From IMG/VR virus record IMGVR_UViG_3300030331_006276: a stretch of 64,000 nucleotides of DNA; one strand, 5' to 3'. Shown here one piece after another: positions 39,180 through 47,962 of this stretch. Under the pieces are notes generated by a model. That model was not told the DNA's origin. It did not search any database and saw nothing but the letters and a program-made list of their open reading frames with translations. Numbering within the stretch: the stretch's first letter is position 1; each line of letters begins with the position of its first letter. The DNA comes from a virus. The translations under genes were made by a program, and so were the position numbers.

Positions 39180-39359
39180 CTAAAGCCAATCCTGGCACCT
39201 TGCCTCTTCGTGATCCTTCAGCGCCTTCTTCAGCCGCTCGTTAATAACCCTATCATCGGGATTATTATTAGTATAACCAACAAGCCACATAAGCTCGTCT
39301 CTAAGTAGGGTAGCGGCTGAGCGCTCCTCCGTAAGTTTTTCAAAGTCTGTTTTCGGCAT
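39180..39359 (-). CDS. 59-aa early protein
   Basis: Hand-translated MPKTDFEKL...; own AGGAACT promoter. Confidence 0.65.
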   Translation of the reverse strand: MPKTDFEKLTEERSAATLLRDELMWLVGYTNNNPDDRVINERLKKALKDHEEARCQDWL

Positions 39360-39380
39360 ACTCTTATTATAGTATAGTTC

Positions 39381-39539
39381 CTATTGAGTCAGTTTATCTT
39401 CCAAAACATTCAACATTATCTCACAATCTTCATTGATCGCTTCTGCCTCGGTCCTGGTCACTCCTTCGATCGTATCGATGAAATCAACGATCAGCTCGGC
39501 AGCCTTAATGACTTCTTTGTTAGTAATCTTCTCTCTCAT
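39381..39539 (-). CDS. 52-aa early protein (MREK paralogue 1)
   Basis: Own AGGAACT promoter. Confidence 0.65.
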   Translation of the reverse strand: MREKITNKEVIKAAELIVDFIDTIEGVTRTEAEAINEDCEIMLNVLEDKLTQ

Positions 39540-39563
39540 CCCTTTTATTATATCAGAGTTCCT

Positions 39564-39719
39564 TTACCACTTCAACCTATCCTCTAAATTACACAACTGA
39601 TTTTCTAACCTCTCACTCCACAATCCATCCTCTTCAGTATCATCATCCAAAAATCTCATAATCAGACGACAAGCATCAATAACCTCTTCTTCTCTATCAA
39701 TCATACTTTTCTCTCTCAT
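39564..39719 (-). CDS. 51-aa early protein (MREK paralogue 2)
   Basis: Own AGGAACT promoter. Confidence 0.65.
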   Translation of the reverse strand: MREKSMIDREEEVIDACRLIMRFLDDDTEEDGLWSERLENQLCNLEDRLKW

Positions 39720-39741
39720 CTCCTCTATTATATCAGAGTTC

Positions 39742-40077
39742 CTAAAGCAGGCCCTTCTTCAGATATTGATCAGCAGTGCCTATGGCGTTCTTGAGATAGG
39801 TGAGGTCGACCAGGATATCGTCCAGCATCTCCCTAGCATGCATACAGTCGCGACCCGCTTCGATGTTGCCGCCTACTAGGTCCATGATGTGCTCGATGAG
39901 TTTATCGTGTTCGGGGTACTGCCGATCCTCTGGGGGCAGCGGTAGCTTCGCACCGGCGATGCCGTTGCTCGCTCCGAGATACTCCTCCTCCAGCCCAGTC
40001 CGGATAGCGCGTTGAGCTGCTATTTCTTTCCGCATGTTAATTCTGGCAGCATAGTGATCGACGTTATTCTTCGGCAT
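39742..40077 (-). CDS. Early hypothetical protein
   Basis: Start MPKNNV, 6 nt after TATAAT. Confidence 0.7.
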   Translation of the reverse strand: MPKNNVDHYAARINMRKEIAAQRAIRTGLEEEYLGASNGIAGAKLPLPPEDRQYPEHDKLIEHIMDLVGGNIEAGRDCMHAREMLDDILVDLTYLKNAIGTADQYLKKGLL

Positions 40078-40105
40078 ACTCTTATTATAGGCTAGTTCCT
40101 TTTCC

Positions 40106-40198
40106 ACATATCGATCAGATCGACCTATTACCAACACATATCGAAATTCCCCTGTTTTTTCGACCTATGTTGCGGACATGTCGATCAGATCAACCTAT
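40106..40198. repeat. Iteron-like direct repeats in a non-coding block
   Basis: acatatcgatcagatcgacctat (40106) and acatgtcgatcagatcaacctat (40176), with half-copies between. Confidence 0.7.
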
Positions 40199-40438
40199 AC
40201 GTCTTAACGGTTATTATAACGTCGACGAAATTATTTCCCCGGGAAAAGTTATTTCACATGTATTGTTGTATTTCGGAGACTCTCCTTCTACGGCAGATCT
40301 GGTTTGTGCAAAAGGAACTCTTAACATAACCCTTTGATTTATAATGGTTTTGGGCAGTTTTTAGCCGTTCACGTTGTTGGCTAGACTTGCCCAGGTCTCT
40401 ACTGCAAACTCCCCTTTTTGGGAAGATTCTTCGTTTTT

Positions 40439-40720
40439 CTACGATTTTTTCTTAATTTCTGCTCTCTTTTTCTTAGAGACCTTAGTAAACTTCCTTACTG
40501 TCTTAGCTGATACTTGATCATATGTCTCAAGCTTCTTAGCTAGTTCGTTTACTTGTTTTACTGACGTAGCAGCTTTAAGTGTTTCGATAATTCCTAGTTT
40601 CTTTTTCATATTATTTGATTGTCTCCGCTCTTCTGCTTTAGTTATTTCATGCTGCATACACATATCATTGTAATCGCATGTTACAGGGAACTCACACGTC
40701 TTTTCGATACATTTCATCAT
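40439..40720 (-). CDS. Hypothetical protein
   Basis: ORF in the early array; start uncertain. Confidence 0.55.
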   Translation of the reverse strand: MMKCIEKTCEFPVTCDYNDMCMQHEITKAEERRQSNNMKKKLGIIETLKAATSVKQVNELAKKLETYDQVSAKTVRKFTKVSKKKRAEIKKKS

Positions 40721-40982
40721 AGAGCTTATCTGCTATTTCAAGTTGTGCTTCTACCCACTTAATTTCTTCTTTGCTAATCTGCTCATCCTGTGCTTCTAAA
40801 GTAGCTTCATACAAGCTATCTAACCACTCTTTCTCCTTCTCTAATGAAAAATTATCTATTGTACTTTGAACCTTATCTATCTTTTGTTCTTTATTAAGAA
40901 TAATCTGTTTATGAGCTTCTTCTAGAGATATTTTATTATCAATAGCGTAATCTACGACGCGTTTAGGGTAGTGTTTATCCAT
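40692..40982 (-). CDS. Hypothetical protein
   Basis: ORF in the early array. Confidence 0.6.
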   Translation of the reverse strand: MDKHYPKRVVDYAIDNKISLEEAHKQIILNKEQKIDKVQSTIDNFSLEKEKEWLDSLYEATLEAQDEQISKEEIKWVEAQLEIADKLYDEMYRKDV

Positions 40983-41053
40983 TTTTCGAATTTTTTTGCC
41001 GGGCCCCTACGAGGGTTTTAACTGCTTTATTATATACTAGGGAACTCATATCT

Positions 41054-41305
41054 CTACTGTGAAGAAGGAAAGCGGTTGCCTGGGCGGCCTCTTCGTTTAT
41101 CCTGACTGTAGAGCTCATCAAGATATTCATTTCGAGATATTCCGCGCTGATCAGCTTCATATTCTATGAGAACCATTTCCTCGAGATTCTTAAGTGTTCT
41201 TTTAAGATTATTCTTAAAGTTACCAGGTGTTTCGGACTGCTGGTGAGTCCAGGCATAAAAATAATCTACGAGATTGCGCATTGAATAAGGATTTTTCTTT
41301 TCCAT
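41054..41305 (-). CDS. Hypothetical protein
   Basis: ORF in the early array. Confidence 0.6.
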   Translation of the reverse strand: MEKKNPYSMRNLVDYFYAWTHQQSETPGNFKNNLKRTLKNLEEMVLIEYEADQRGISRNEYLDELYSQDKRRGRPGNRFPSSQ

Positions 41306-41313
41306 AATACTAT

Positions 41314-41559
41314 TTAATCCAGAACAGTAACTTGCGATACACTCAATATAAACGTTTCATCGTGCACTGCTTTAAAGATTCCAATCTCTCTTTGATCAGC
41401 TTGTCTATCGTAGACGTCTTTGTTTCGGAGGTAGAATTCTTCGCATTCTTCTGCAGAGTTAAACATCGGGGAATGAGCTAACCTAGTCCAATAATCTTTA
41501 TAAATAGAGCCTTCGACTCCGCTGATCTTGTATTTAAGAATATAATATTCTCTTCTCAT
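41314..41559 (-). CDS. Hypothetical protein
   Basis: ORF in the early array. Confidence 0.6.
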   Translation of the reverse strand: MRREYYILKYKISGVEGSIYKDYWTRLAHSPMFNSAEECEEFYLRNKDVYDRQADQREIGIFKAVHDETFILSVSQVTVLD

Positions 41560-41563
41560 ATCA

Positions 41564-41884
41564 CTAACATTTAACGCCTGCCATGGCAGAACCTTGAGTA
41601 AGAAAGAGCTCAGGACTTACTTTATAAACCCATCTGCGTCCTACTTTTTCTCTACTTCCTCCGAGAAGTAAAACAGATCTATAGATATGACGGTTCATTC
41701 TATCGTTAAAGCTATCCCAGTTCCAACTTACAGAAGGCTTTTCCTTCCTATAAAGCTTATCAAGATAACTCCTGTCAAGCAATTTATTATTAACATCAGT
41801 AGAGTTAAACTCTCCTCCGTTTACAAAAGCAATGCGCTTAAGTTGCTCTCCAAGATACTCATCAAACTTCCATTTCTTTGCCAT
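41564..41884 (-). CDS. Hypothetical protein
   Basis: ATG 6 nt after the promoter TATAAT. Confidence 0.7.
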   Translation of the reverse strand: MAKKWKFDEYLGEQLKRIAFVNGGEFNSTDVNNKLLDRSYLDKLYRKEKPSVSWNWDSFNDRMNRHIYRSVLLLGGSREKVGRRWVYKVSPELFLTQGSAMAGVKC

Positions 41885-41905
41885 ACTATTATTATATTAG
41901 AGTTC

Positions 41906-42106
41906 CTATTGATGTACTAGAGTAAATGCAACTCGATCTTCTCCTGGAATCGCTTGAATATCGGCATCAATGATTGGTACTTGAACTTCTTCTCCATCCA
42001 TAGTTCCGCAAGTTCCAATCTTTCCGATAATTATCTCAGAAAAATCATTAACGTAATTATGCTTCTCAAAGAATTTGATATGCTCTTTTAGCTCACCTAA
42101 TCTCAT
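41906..42106 (-). CDS. Hypothetical protein
   Basis: ATG 6 nt after the promoter TATAAT. Confidence 0.7.
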   Translation of the reverse strand: MRLGELKEHIKFFEKHNYVNDFSEIIIGKIGTCGTMDGEEVQVPIIDADIQAIPGEDRVAFTLVHQ

Positions 42107-42200
42107 ACTATTATTATATCTAAGTTCCTTACTCCCACCTAGCCTCTCCCTTTCGGGTTGTAGGCGTGAAGATTTTGACGCCTCGTTAATTGCTAGGAGC

Positions 42201-42323
42201 AGACCTGGGCAGGATTCGAACCTGCATTCCTTCTATAGACGCACCGGTGCGCGCATCGCGGCGTATGGTACCGTTCGCCGCTTGGTTTTTTACAGAAGGT
42301 CTTCCCTATTAGATGACCGGGTC
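42201..42323 (-). ncRNA. tRNA-like RNA (123 nt) with a 53-nt structured insert replacing the anticodon loop
   Basis: Acceptor GACCCGG/CCAGGTC; D-arm-like ATCT-AATAGGGA-AGAC; 9-bp CCTTCTGTA/TATAGAAGG stem; perfect T arm GCAGG-TTCGAAT-CCTGC; own promoter. Confidence 0.75.
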
Positions 42324-42344
42324 ATATTTTATTCTTATATTATA

Positions 42345-42539
42345 TCAGAGTTCGTATGCTTCTTCTTCTTCTGATTTCCAATAAAGGTTGTTCCAGTATT
42401 TCGGATCAGAAGATTCAGATTGAACTAAACTAATTATCCTATTAATTATTGCATTTCTAGCAATATCAGAATCAAGATTAACATCATTGAAATCCTTCAA
42501 TACATCATGCATTTTATCTCGTATATTTCTATGCTTCAT
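42345..42539 (-). CDS. Hypothetical protein
   Basis: ORF in the early array. Confidence 0.6.
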   Translation of the reverse strand: MKHRNIRDKMHDVLKDFNDVNLDSDIARNAIINRIISLVQSESSDPKYWNNLYWKSEEEEAYEL

Positions 42540-42748
42540 GATAGATAATTATCTATTGTTTCGTTATGAATAGCTCTAAGATCACCTTCAAGCTCAATTA
42601 AAAAATCTAACAAATGCTCTTCAAAATCGTAAATGTCTCCGCCTCTCCCGATGATTTCATCTAAGCTTTTATTTACAATATCTCCGTAACCATCAGTCGA
42701 TATCGTCGAATCCTCCTCCGAATCGTTTCCATGGTTGACGGCAGACAT
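42536..42748 (-). CDS. Hypothetical acidic protein
   Basis: ORF in the early array. Confidence 0.6.
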   Translation of the reverse strand: MSAVNHGNDSEEDSTISTDGYGDIVNKSLDEIIGRGGDIYDFEEHLLDFLIELEGDLRAIHNETIDNYLS

Positions 42749-42792
42749 GAACTAATAAAGTAAAGGTTAAAAGTAATAAGAACAATAGCATA

Positions 42793-43008
42793 TTATCGAT
42801 ACTCCTTTCGGTCTCCATGAAATGCAGCATCATCCCATCCAAGCTTATAAGCTTCAACTTCCTCTTCAGTCATATTACTCTCTTCAACTTTAGCAGAGTT
42901 ATAAGTATCACCAATATAATAATGTGGAGCGTAAGGTCTGCTATAATAATAATCAGCACTTCCCCTATCAAAGGCTCCACCATGTCTTGTATGTATCTTC
43001 TTCGGCAT
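42793..43008 (-). CDS. Small phage protein
   Basis: HGGAFDRGSADYYYSR...AY..GW; leaderless promoter. Confidence 0.75.
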   Translation of the reverse strand: MPKKIHTRHGGAFDRGSADYYYSRPYAPHYYIGDTYNSAKVEESNMTEEEVEAYKLGWDDAAFHGDRKEYR

Positions 43009-43031
43009 ATCTTTATTATATCAGAGTTCCT

Positions 43032-43223
43032 TTAGTTGTTGTAATATTCTCCAACAGCTTTGTAATGATCAACTACTTCTTTCTCCGTGATTGTTGCTAG
43101 CATTCCACTCTTCATAAGGTTGCTATGAACAACATGCGCTTGCTTATATCCAACAGGTCCAACTTGACCTAGTGGTTGAAAGCTCGTACTAAAAATCTCT
43201 ACAATATATTCTTTATTTGACAT
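43032..43223 (-). CDS. Hypothetical protein
   Basis: Start MSNKEY after the promoter. Confidence 0.65.
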   Translation of the reverse strand: MSNKEYIVEIFSTSFQPLGQVGPVGYKQAHVVHSNLMKSGMLATITEKEVVDHYKAVGEYYNN

Positions 43224-43340
43224 ATCTTTATTATAGCTTAGTTCCTTATTAGCCTGTTGCGCAAAGTGCAATAACTACAACAACAAGAAACACTAAACAA
43301 CCAAATGTTACAGTTTCGAAAAACTCTCGATCTCGTTTTT

Positions 43341-43556
43341 TCATGCTACAGAAGCGGGGTAAAGTTCATTCCAGTCTTCAGGAGATATTCCTGACATGAG
43401 AAACTCTCTTTCATCAACACTAAGATATGGAAGAGCATCTTGAATATTTGTTTCTCTTTTCTGCCATCTAACGTAATCGTTAGGATTCATCTTAATCTCC
43501 ATCGTATTGACTTTTCCAGTCAACGGAGAAGTTTTTTCGATCTCATACACTTGCAT
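43341..43556 (-). CDS. Small phage protein
   Basis: IQDALPYLSVDEREFLMSGISPEDW; promoter. Confidence 0.75.
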   Translation of the reverse strand: MQVYEIEKTSPLTGKVNTMEIKMNPNDYVRWQKRETNIQDALPYLSVDEREFLMSGISPEDWNELYPASVA

Positions 43557-43578
43557 ATCTTAATTATAGCTAGGTTCC

Positions 43579-43941
43579 TTATGAATGTGGAGGGTCAGGT
43601 ACTATGATTGGATCTGGTGGAGGTATGAGTTCGAGTTGAATTTCTTCCTTTTCAATATCTTTACAGCTTGCCATTAACAATGCTGCAGCGCCTACTCCTG
43701 CTCCTGACATCCAGCTTAATGAACCTTTAGGAGCTCTTTTCTGAACATCATGTTTCATCTCCATGTAACTCTCTTGATGATATCCTCTTTCAAGTTCGAT
43801 ACAACGCTTCAATGTTAGAGGTATATAGTCACCTACGATGAAATGGGTTCCTACTAGCGTCTTGCCAATATCAAAATGACCTTTGTAAATCTCTCGATAC
43901 CACCCTAACCTAATACAAAGTCTATGTAGTTTGTTTTTCAT
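43579..43941 (-). CDS. Hypothetical protein
   Basis: ORF in the early array. Confidence 0.55.
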   Translation of the reverse strand: MKNKLHRLCIRLGWYREIYKGHFDIGKTLVGTHFIVGDYIPLTLKRCIELERGYHQESYMEMKHDVQKRAPKGSLSWMSGAGVGAAALLMASCKDIEKEEIQLELIPPPDPIIVPDPPHS

Positions 43942-44017
43942 AAAAATATGAGCAGTTTAGTTTATAAGGTACATGCTTAGGTCCTTTTATTTATTGTTGT
44001 TGTTGGAATATTGTAAA

Positions 44018-44278
44018 TTAATTATAGCTAAGTTCTTTTTTCTCTCTTCTCTTTTCTTTTCGTTTTATCTTTTCAACGTCCTCTTTTATCGTTTTTCTGA
44101 GCTCTTTACACATATCGTAAAGTTTAGGAAGATAGACGATATCGTCATCCATATATTTTACTCCGTTTTCAAGATAAGCTAATAGTAAATCTTGAAGAAA
44201 GAAATGAGCATCTCCAATATAGCCTCCTAAAGCTAATCGTTCAGCTCTATTTGCATGTCTTTTACTTTTTCTTACCAT
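44018..44278 (-). CDS. Hypothetical protein
   Basis: ORF in the early array. Confidence 0.55.
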   Translation of the reverse strand: MVRKSKRHANRAERLALGGYIGDAHFFLQDLLLAYLENGVKYMDDDIVYLPKLYDMCKELRKTIKEDVEKIKRKEKRREKKELSYN

Positions 44279-44442
44279 TTTATGCGACAGTTATATTGCG
44301 GTACATCACGATAAAGCTGTCTGCGCTTTTCTCTTTGCTTTCGCTCCCATTCTCCTTCTTTATGATAAAGATTAGTATAGGATCCTTCAGTTACACGTTT
44401 AATCGTATTTGATCTGATTGCTTGTTTTGCATGCTTACCCAT
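44272..44442 (-). CDS. Small basic protein
   Basis: Start MGKHAK after the promoter. Confidence 0.6.
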   Translation of the reverse strand: MGKHAKQAIRSNTIKRVTEGSYTNLYHKEGEWERKQREKRRQLYRDVPQYNCRIKW

Positions 44443-44464
44443 AATGCTTATTATAATAGAGTTC

Positions 44465-44896
44465 CTATGTTTGGTTATACTTTTTATTAGATTCTTTGAG
44501 TAGTAAAAGATGCCACGTTCCATCAGGCCAAGTGTTAGGTAAACTTACCTTTTTGTCGCTTTTAGGTTTAGGAAGTTTTGTTGACTTCTTTGTTACTTTC
44601 CACACTCTAAGCTTTGTATCTGTAATAGCTTGTTTAACTTCTCTTCTAGTAATATTATCTAAAGGTGAAATAAAGATAAGCTCGTGCCACCCATTTTTCC
44701 TTTCCTTTACCTTAATTCCATTAGCCTGAAACTCTTTTTTAAATAACGGCTCGAGAACAGGTAGATGTTTTTCTTGTTCTAGTTCTGAAACTACAACAGT
44801 ATACTCTCGCATATTAGCATGAACGGGAATAGACAATGCTGCAGTTAGTAGTAGTACTGTTAATGATGTTAGCAATGGTATGTTTGTCGTTTTCAT
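44465..44896 (-). CDS. Secreted hypothetical protein
   Basis: Start MKTTN; signal peptide ...PVHA. Confidence 0.65.
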   Translation of the reverse strand: MKTTNIPLLTSLTVLLLTAALSIPVHANMREYTVVVSELEQEKHLPVLEPLFKKEFQANGIKVKERKNGWHELIFISPLDNITRREVKQAITDTKLRVWKVTKKSTKLPKPKSDKKVSLPNTWPDGTWHLLLLKESNKKYNQT

Positions 44897-44907
44897 ATTA
44901 TTATTAT

Positions 44908-45088
44908 AGAAAGTCTTCAGGAGATGTCCACCGTGCCACATGGATTAAGCGTCAAGGCACTGGCCGACTCGTAAGTCAATCTCGCCATCTCCACGCTAGA
45001 ATTCTCTGAGGGCTCTAGACTGGACCCACCTTCCTTGATTATTTTATGACTTATGGAAGGCTTAACCGTGTTTATACTCACTTGTCAG
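44908..45088 (-). ncRNA. Candidate structured non-coding RNA (~180 nt)
   Basis: AGGAACT promoter with no ATG after it; stems CCTTCC/GGAAGG, GGAGATG/CATCTCC, GACT-TACG-AGTC, GTGCC/GGCAC. Confidence 0.6.
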
Positions 45089-45379
45089 ATACTATTATAT
45101 GCTAGTTCCTTTTGTTTTTCTCTCTTCTAAGTAAGAAAAAGCCAAATTAAGTATTATCATACTACTCGATATTGCATAAAGTAAAAGACTATGAAATACA
45201 ATCGATAGTAAAAAAAGAGTCTGTCCAAGCCCAGCTAATGTCATTAATGAAATTCAATACCTCCGTCGTTCCAAAATATATCCATTTCTAGTTCAGGCCA
45301 GTTTTCTTCCATCCATTTAGATTCACTAGACCACCAAACTATTAATAATATGATTATTATTATTAAAAATAGATGAAAT

Positions 45380-45709
45380 TTACTCATACCGCTTTCCGTC
45401 AAATACGCATACAAAATAAAGAGGATACTCTTCTGTATTCTTTACCTTATGAAACACACCATCTGGAATTAAAACAGTTTCCCCGCCTGTAACCGGAAAC
45501 GTTTCATCGCCTAAAGTCATTTCTCCATGCCCATAGTGGAAGAAATAAACTTCTTCTTGCCCATCATGACTGTGACCTCTAGTTTCTTTACCTGGTAGCA
45601 GGAGCGTACTACTAACTACAAGATTGTTAAGAAGTTTGTTATCTCTGAGTAGATAAGTTTCATTATCCTTAACTATTTCTCCGCCAATATTATTAGTGGG
45701 TACTTTCAT
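45380..45709 (-). CDS. Cupin domain protein
   Basis: GHSHDGQEEVYFF...G; IPDGVFHKV. Confidence 0.9.
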   Translation of the reverse strand: MKVPTNNIGGEIVKDNETYLLRDNKLLNNLVVSSTLLLPGKETRGHSHDGQEEVYFFHYGHGEMTLGDETFPVTGGETVLIPDGVFHKVKNTEEYPLYFVCVFDGKRYE

Positions 45710-45747
45710 ATATTTAATATATGGTGGTTCTCTTAAATATCAACTAA

Positions 45748-45942
45748 TTATTCTATACGCCAAATTTTATTCATTGCCATAAATGGCTTACCTGCAAAGA
45801 TTATACCAGCTACTAATTTATTTAAATTATTATCACTTAATGTCTCTAAAACTTCTTTAATTGTACGTATTTGTTCTTCACTTGCGGAGGATTTTTCTGT
45901 AAAAAAATTAATTAACTTGTCAATTTTTTCCTCCTTATTCAT
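45748..45942 (-). CDS. Hypothetical protein
   Basis: Late-promoter-like upstream sequence. Confidence 0.55.
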   Translation of the reverse strand: MNKEEKIDKLINFFTEKSSASEEQIRTIKEVLETLSDNNLNKLVAGIIFAGKPFMAMNKIWRIE

Positions 45943-45950
45943 ACAATTAT

Positions 45951-46316
45951 TTAATTCTTAGCCATATAATATTCTTTAAAAGATCTTAAGGTTTTTGGTA
46001 TTTCTTCATCAGAAATAGCTCTATAAATTTGATTAGCTATTTGTTTATGTCTTTTTTTAGATAAGCTAGGATTTTGATAATAAACTTTCATATAAATACC
46101 ATTCTTAGTAAATTTTTTACCTTTTTCAACCTTCACTTTATAATCTTTTCCTTTATAAACTTTTACCTTATCTGATTTTTCCTCTTCGTTCTCTTTCTTT
46201 TTACCGGCTTTACTAAGAGCTATAGCTACAGCTTGATCTTGAGGATAACCTTCATCACGTAACTTACTAATGTTACTTCCTATAGTCTTTTGGGATGAAC
46301 CTCTTTTTAATGGCAT
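45951..46316 (-). CDS. Basic phage protein
   Basis: Start [16 protein letters not shown]...[11 protein letters not shown], a recurrent phage motif. Confidence 0.7.
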   Translation of the reverse strand: MPLKRGSSQKTIGSNISKLRDEGYPQDQAVAIALSKAGKKKENEEEKSDKVKVYKGKDYKVKVEKGKKFTKNGIYMKVYYQNPSLSKKRHKQIANQIYRAISDEEIPKTLRSFKEYYMAKN

Positions 46317-46332
46317 ACTATTATTTATGTTA

Positions 46333-46527
46333 CTAGTCAGAATATTTTGGATCAAGTCCTTCTCGTTCACGTTTAGCAATTTGCACCATACAAATACCAG
46401 TAGCTCCGAGTACTGGGACTATTGTTGCAAGAAGAAAAAATATTGACCACCCTGCAGCGTCGCCTCCCCCTTCTTGAAAAGACTTTGCACATGTGGTGCA
46501 TGCAGAATAAAGAGATTGATGAAACAT
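46333..46527 (-). CDS. Small membrane protein with CxxC (host-like)
   Basis: ACTTCA...[10 protein letters not shown] + TM. Confidence 0.6.
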   Translation of the reverse strand: MFHQSLYSACTTCAKSFQEGGGDAAGWSIFFLLATIVPVLGATGICMVQIAKREREGLDPKYSD

Positions 46528-46540
46528 AGATTAGCGATGT

Positions 46541-47962
46541 TTAAGTTATAATTTCTGTAATAGCATCTGCACCTTCAACTCCTACTAGCTTTTCATCTAA
46601 TCCATTATGAAAATAACTTAATACATTAGGATCTAAACCTAATTGAGTTAAGATAGTAGCATGAAGATTTTTAACTAAAAGAGGCTTCTCTACAGCTGCG
46701 CTTCCTAATTCATCAGTACTTCCAACACTAGCTCCTCCCTTTATTCCTCCTCCTGCCATCCACATAGTAAAGCCCATTGAGTTATGATCTCTTCCTGTAC
46801 CCTTAGCATATTCTGCTGTAGGTTGTCTTCCAAACTCCCCTCCCCAAACTACGATAGTTTCTTCTAATAACCCTCTTTGCTTTAAATCTTTGAGTAATCC
46901 TGCAATAGGTTTGTCAGTTCTACCAGCATGATAATCATGATTCTTTTTTAAGTCTCCATGAGCATCCCAGTTAGAATCATTATGAGCTCCTCCCGAATAA
47001 ACTTGAATAAATCTAACTCCTCTTTCAACTAGTCTTCGTGATAGAATCAACTTACGAGCAAACTCTTCAGTTCTATCATCGTTAAGTCCATACAAGTCTT
47101 TTATATGTTCTGGTTCTTTATCGACATCAATAGCCTCAGGAGCTTCTGTCTGCATTTTAAATGCTAATTCATAGCTGCTTATCCTTGAAGATAGATCTGT
47201 ATTATCTTTTCTATCAGCTAAGTGAATACCGTTTAAATGATTAAGTGAGTTAATAATAGTCCTTTGCTGCCCTCTAGATATACCGTAAGGATTTTTTAAA
47301 TTTAGAATGGGGTCTCCTTCTGATCTAAATACAGTACCAGCATAACTAGCTGGCATATAACCTGAAGTCCAGTTCTTAGCACCTGAAATAGGTCCTCCAG
47401 ACTTATCAAGCATTACCACATAACCTGGTAGACCTTCATTAAATGAACCTAAGCCATAATTAACCCATGAACCAAGAGAAGGTTTACCGCTTATTAGTGA
47501 TCCGCTATTCATCATAAGCATAGCTGATCCGTGAATAGGAGAGTCAGCTTCCATTGAATGAATAAAAGCTATATCATCTGCCATTGAACCTACTTCAGGA
47601 AAGAGATCAGATATCATCTTTCCGCTTTGCCCGTACGGTTTAAAGCCCCATTTAGGCCCAACTACCCTACCTTGATTTTTCTTTCCTCCTCTTCCAAACG
47701 TTTTAACATCAATAGTCTTATCATTTAACTCATACAGTTTAGGTTTATAATCAAATGTATCAACGTGACTAGGTCCGCCATACATAAAAAGAAAGATAAC
47801 AGACTTAGCTTTGCCTGGAATCATTTTCGATTTAGGGGCAAGAGGATTACTATATCCATCTTGTGCTAACATTCCCGCTAAAGCTAAACTAGGAAAAGCT
47901 CCTCCAACTGTATGAAGAAACTCTCTTCTAGTTTGACCGCAGAAGGTATTCTTTGGATTCAT
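46541..47962 (-). CDS. DUF1501 family protein (second, Tat-exported)
   Basis: TRREFL; MYGGPSHVDTFDYKP; KPSLGSW; LVERGVRFIQ; WDAH; EFGRQP; GRDHN. Confidence 0.95.
   Translation of the reverse strand: MNPKNTFCGQTRREFLHTVGGAFPSLALAGMLAQDGYSNPLAPKSKMIPGKAKSVIFLFMYGGPSHVDTFDYKPKLYELNDKTIDVKTFGRGGKKNQGRVVGPKWGFKPYGQSGKMISDLFPEVGSMADDIAFIHSMEADSPIHGSAMLMMNSGSLISGKPSLGSWVNYGLGSFNEGLPGYVVMLDKSGGPISGAKNWTSGYMPASYAGTVFRSEGDPILNLKNPYGISRGQQRTIINSLNHLNGIHLADRKDNTDLSSRISSYELAFKMQTEAPEAIDVDKEPEHIKDLYGLNDDRTEEFARKLILSRRLVERGVRFIQVYSGGAHNDSNWDAHGDLKKNHDYHAGRTDKPIAGLLKDLKQRGLLEETIVVWGGEFGRQPTAEYAKGTGRDHNSMGFTMWMAGGGIKGGASVGSTDELGSAAVEKPLLVKNLHATILTQLGLDPNVLSYFHNGLDEKLVGVEGADAITEIIT

Noticed and set aside
40975-41160. 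ORF 40975..41160 (-)
   Set aside because: It overlaps 41054..41305 in another frame and has no promoter or recognisable features; probably spurious.
42130-42200. HDV-like (theta), hammerhead or twister ribozyme
   Set aside because: I could not map P1/P1.1 or the conserved catalytic cores by eye; kept only as a generic structured element.
42201-42323. tRNA-Sec or an intron-containing canonical tRNA
   Set aside because: No UCA anticodon, no long variable arm or 8-bp acceptor, and the insert is too short for a group I intron, with no canonical loop recoverable by inspection.
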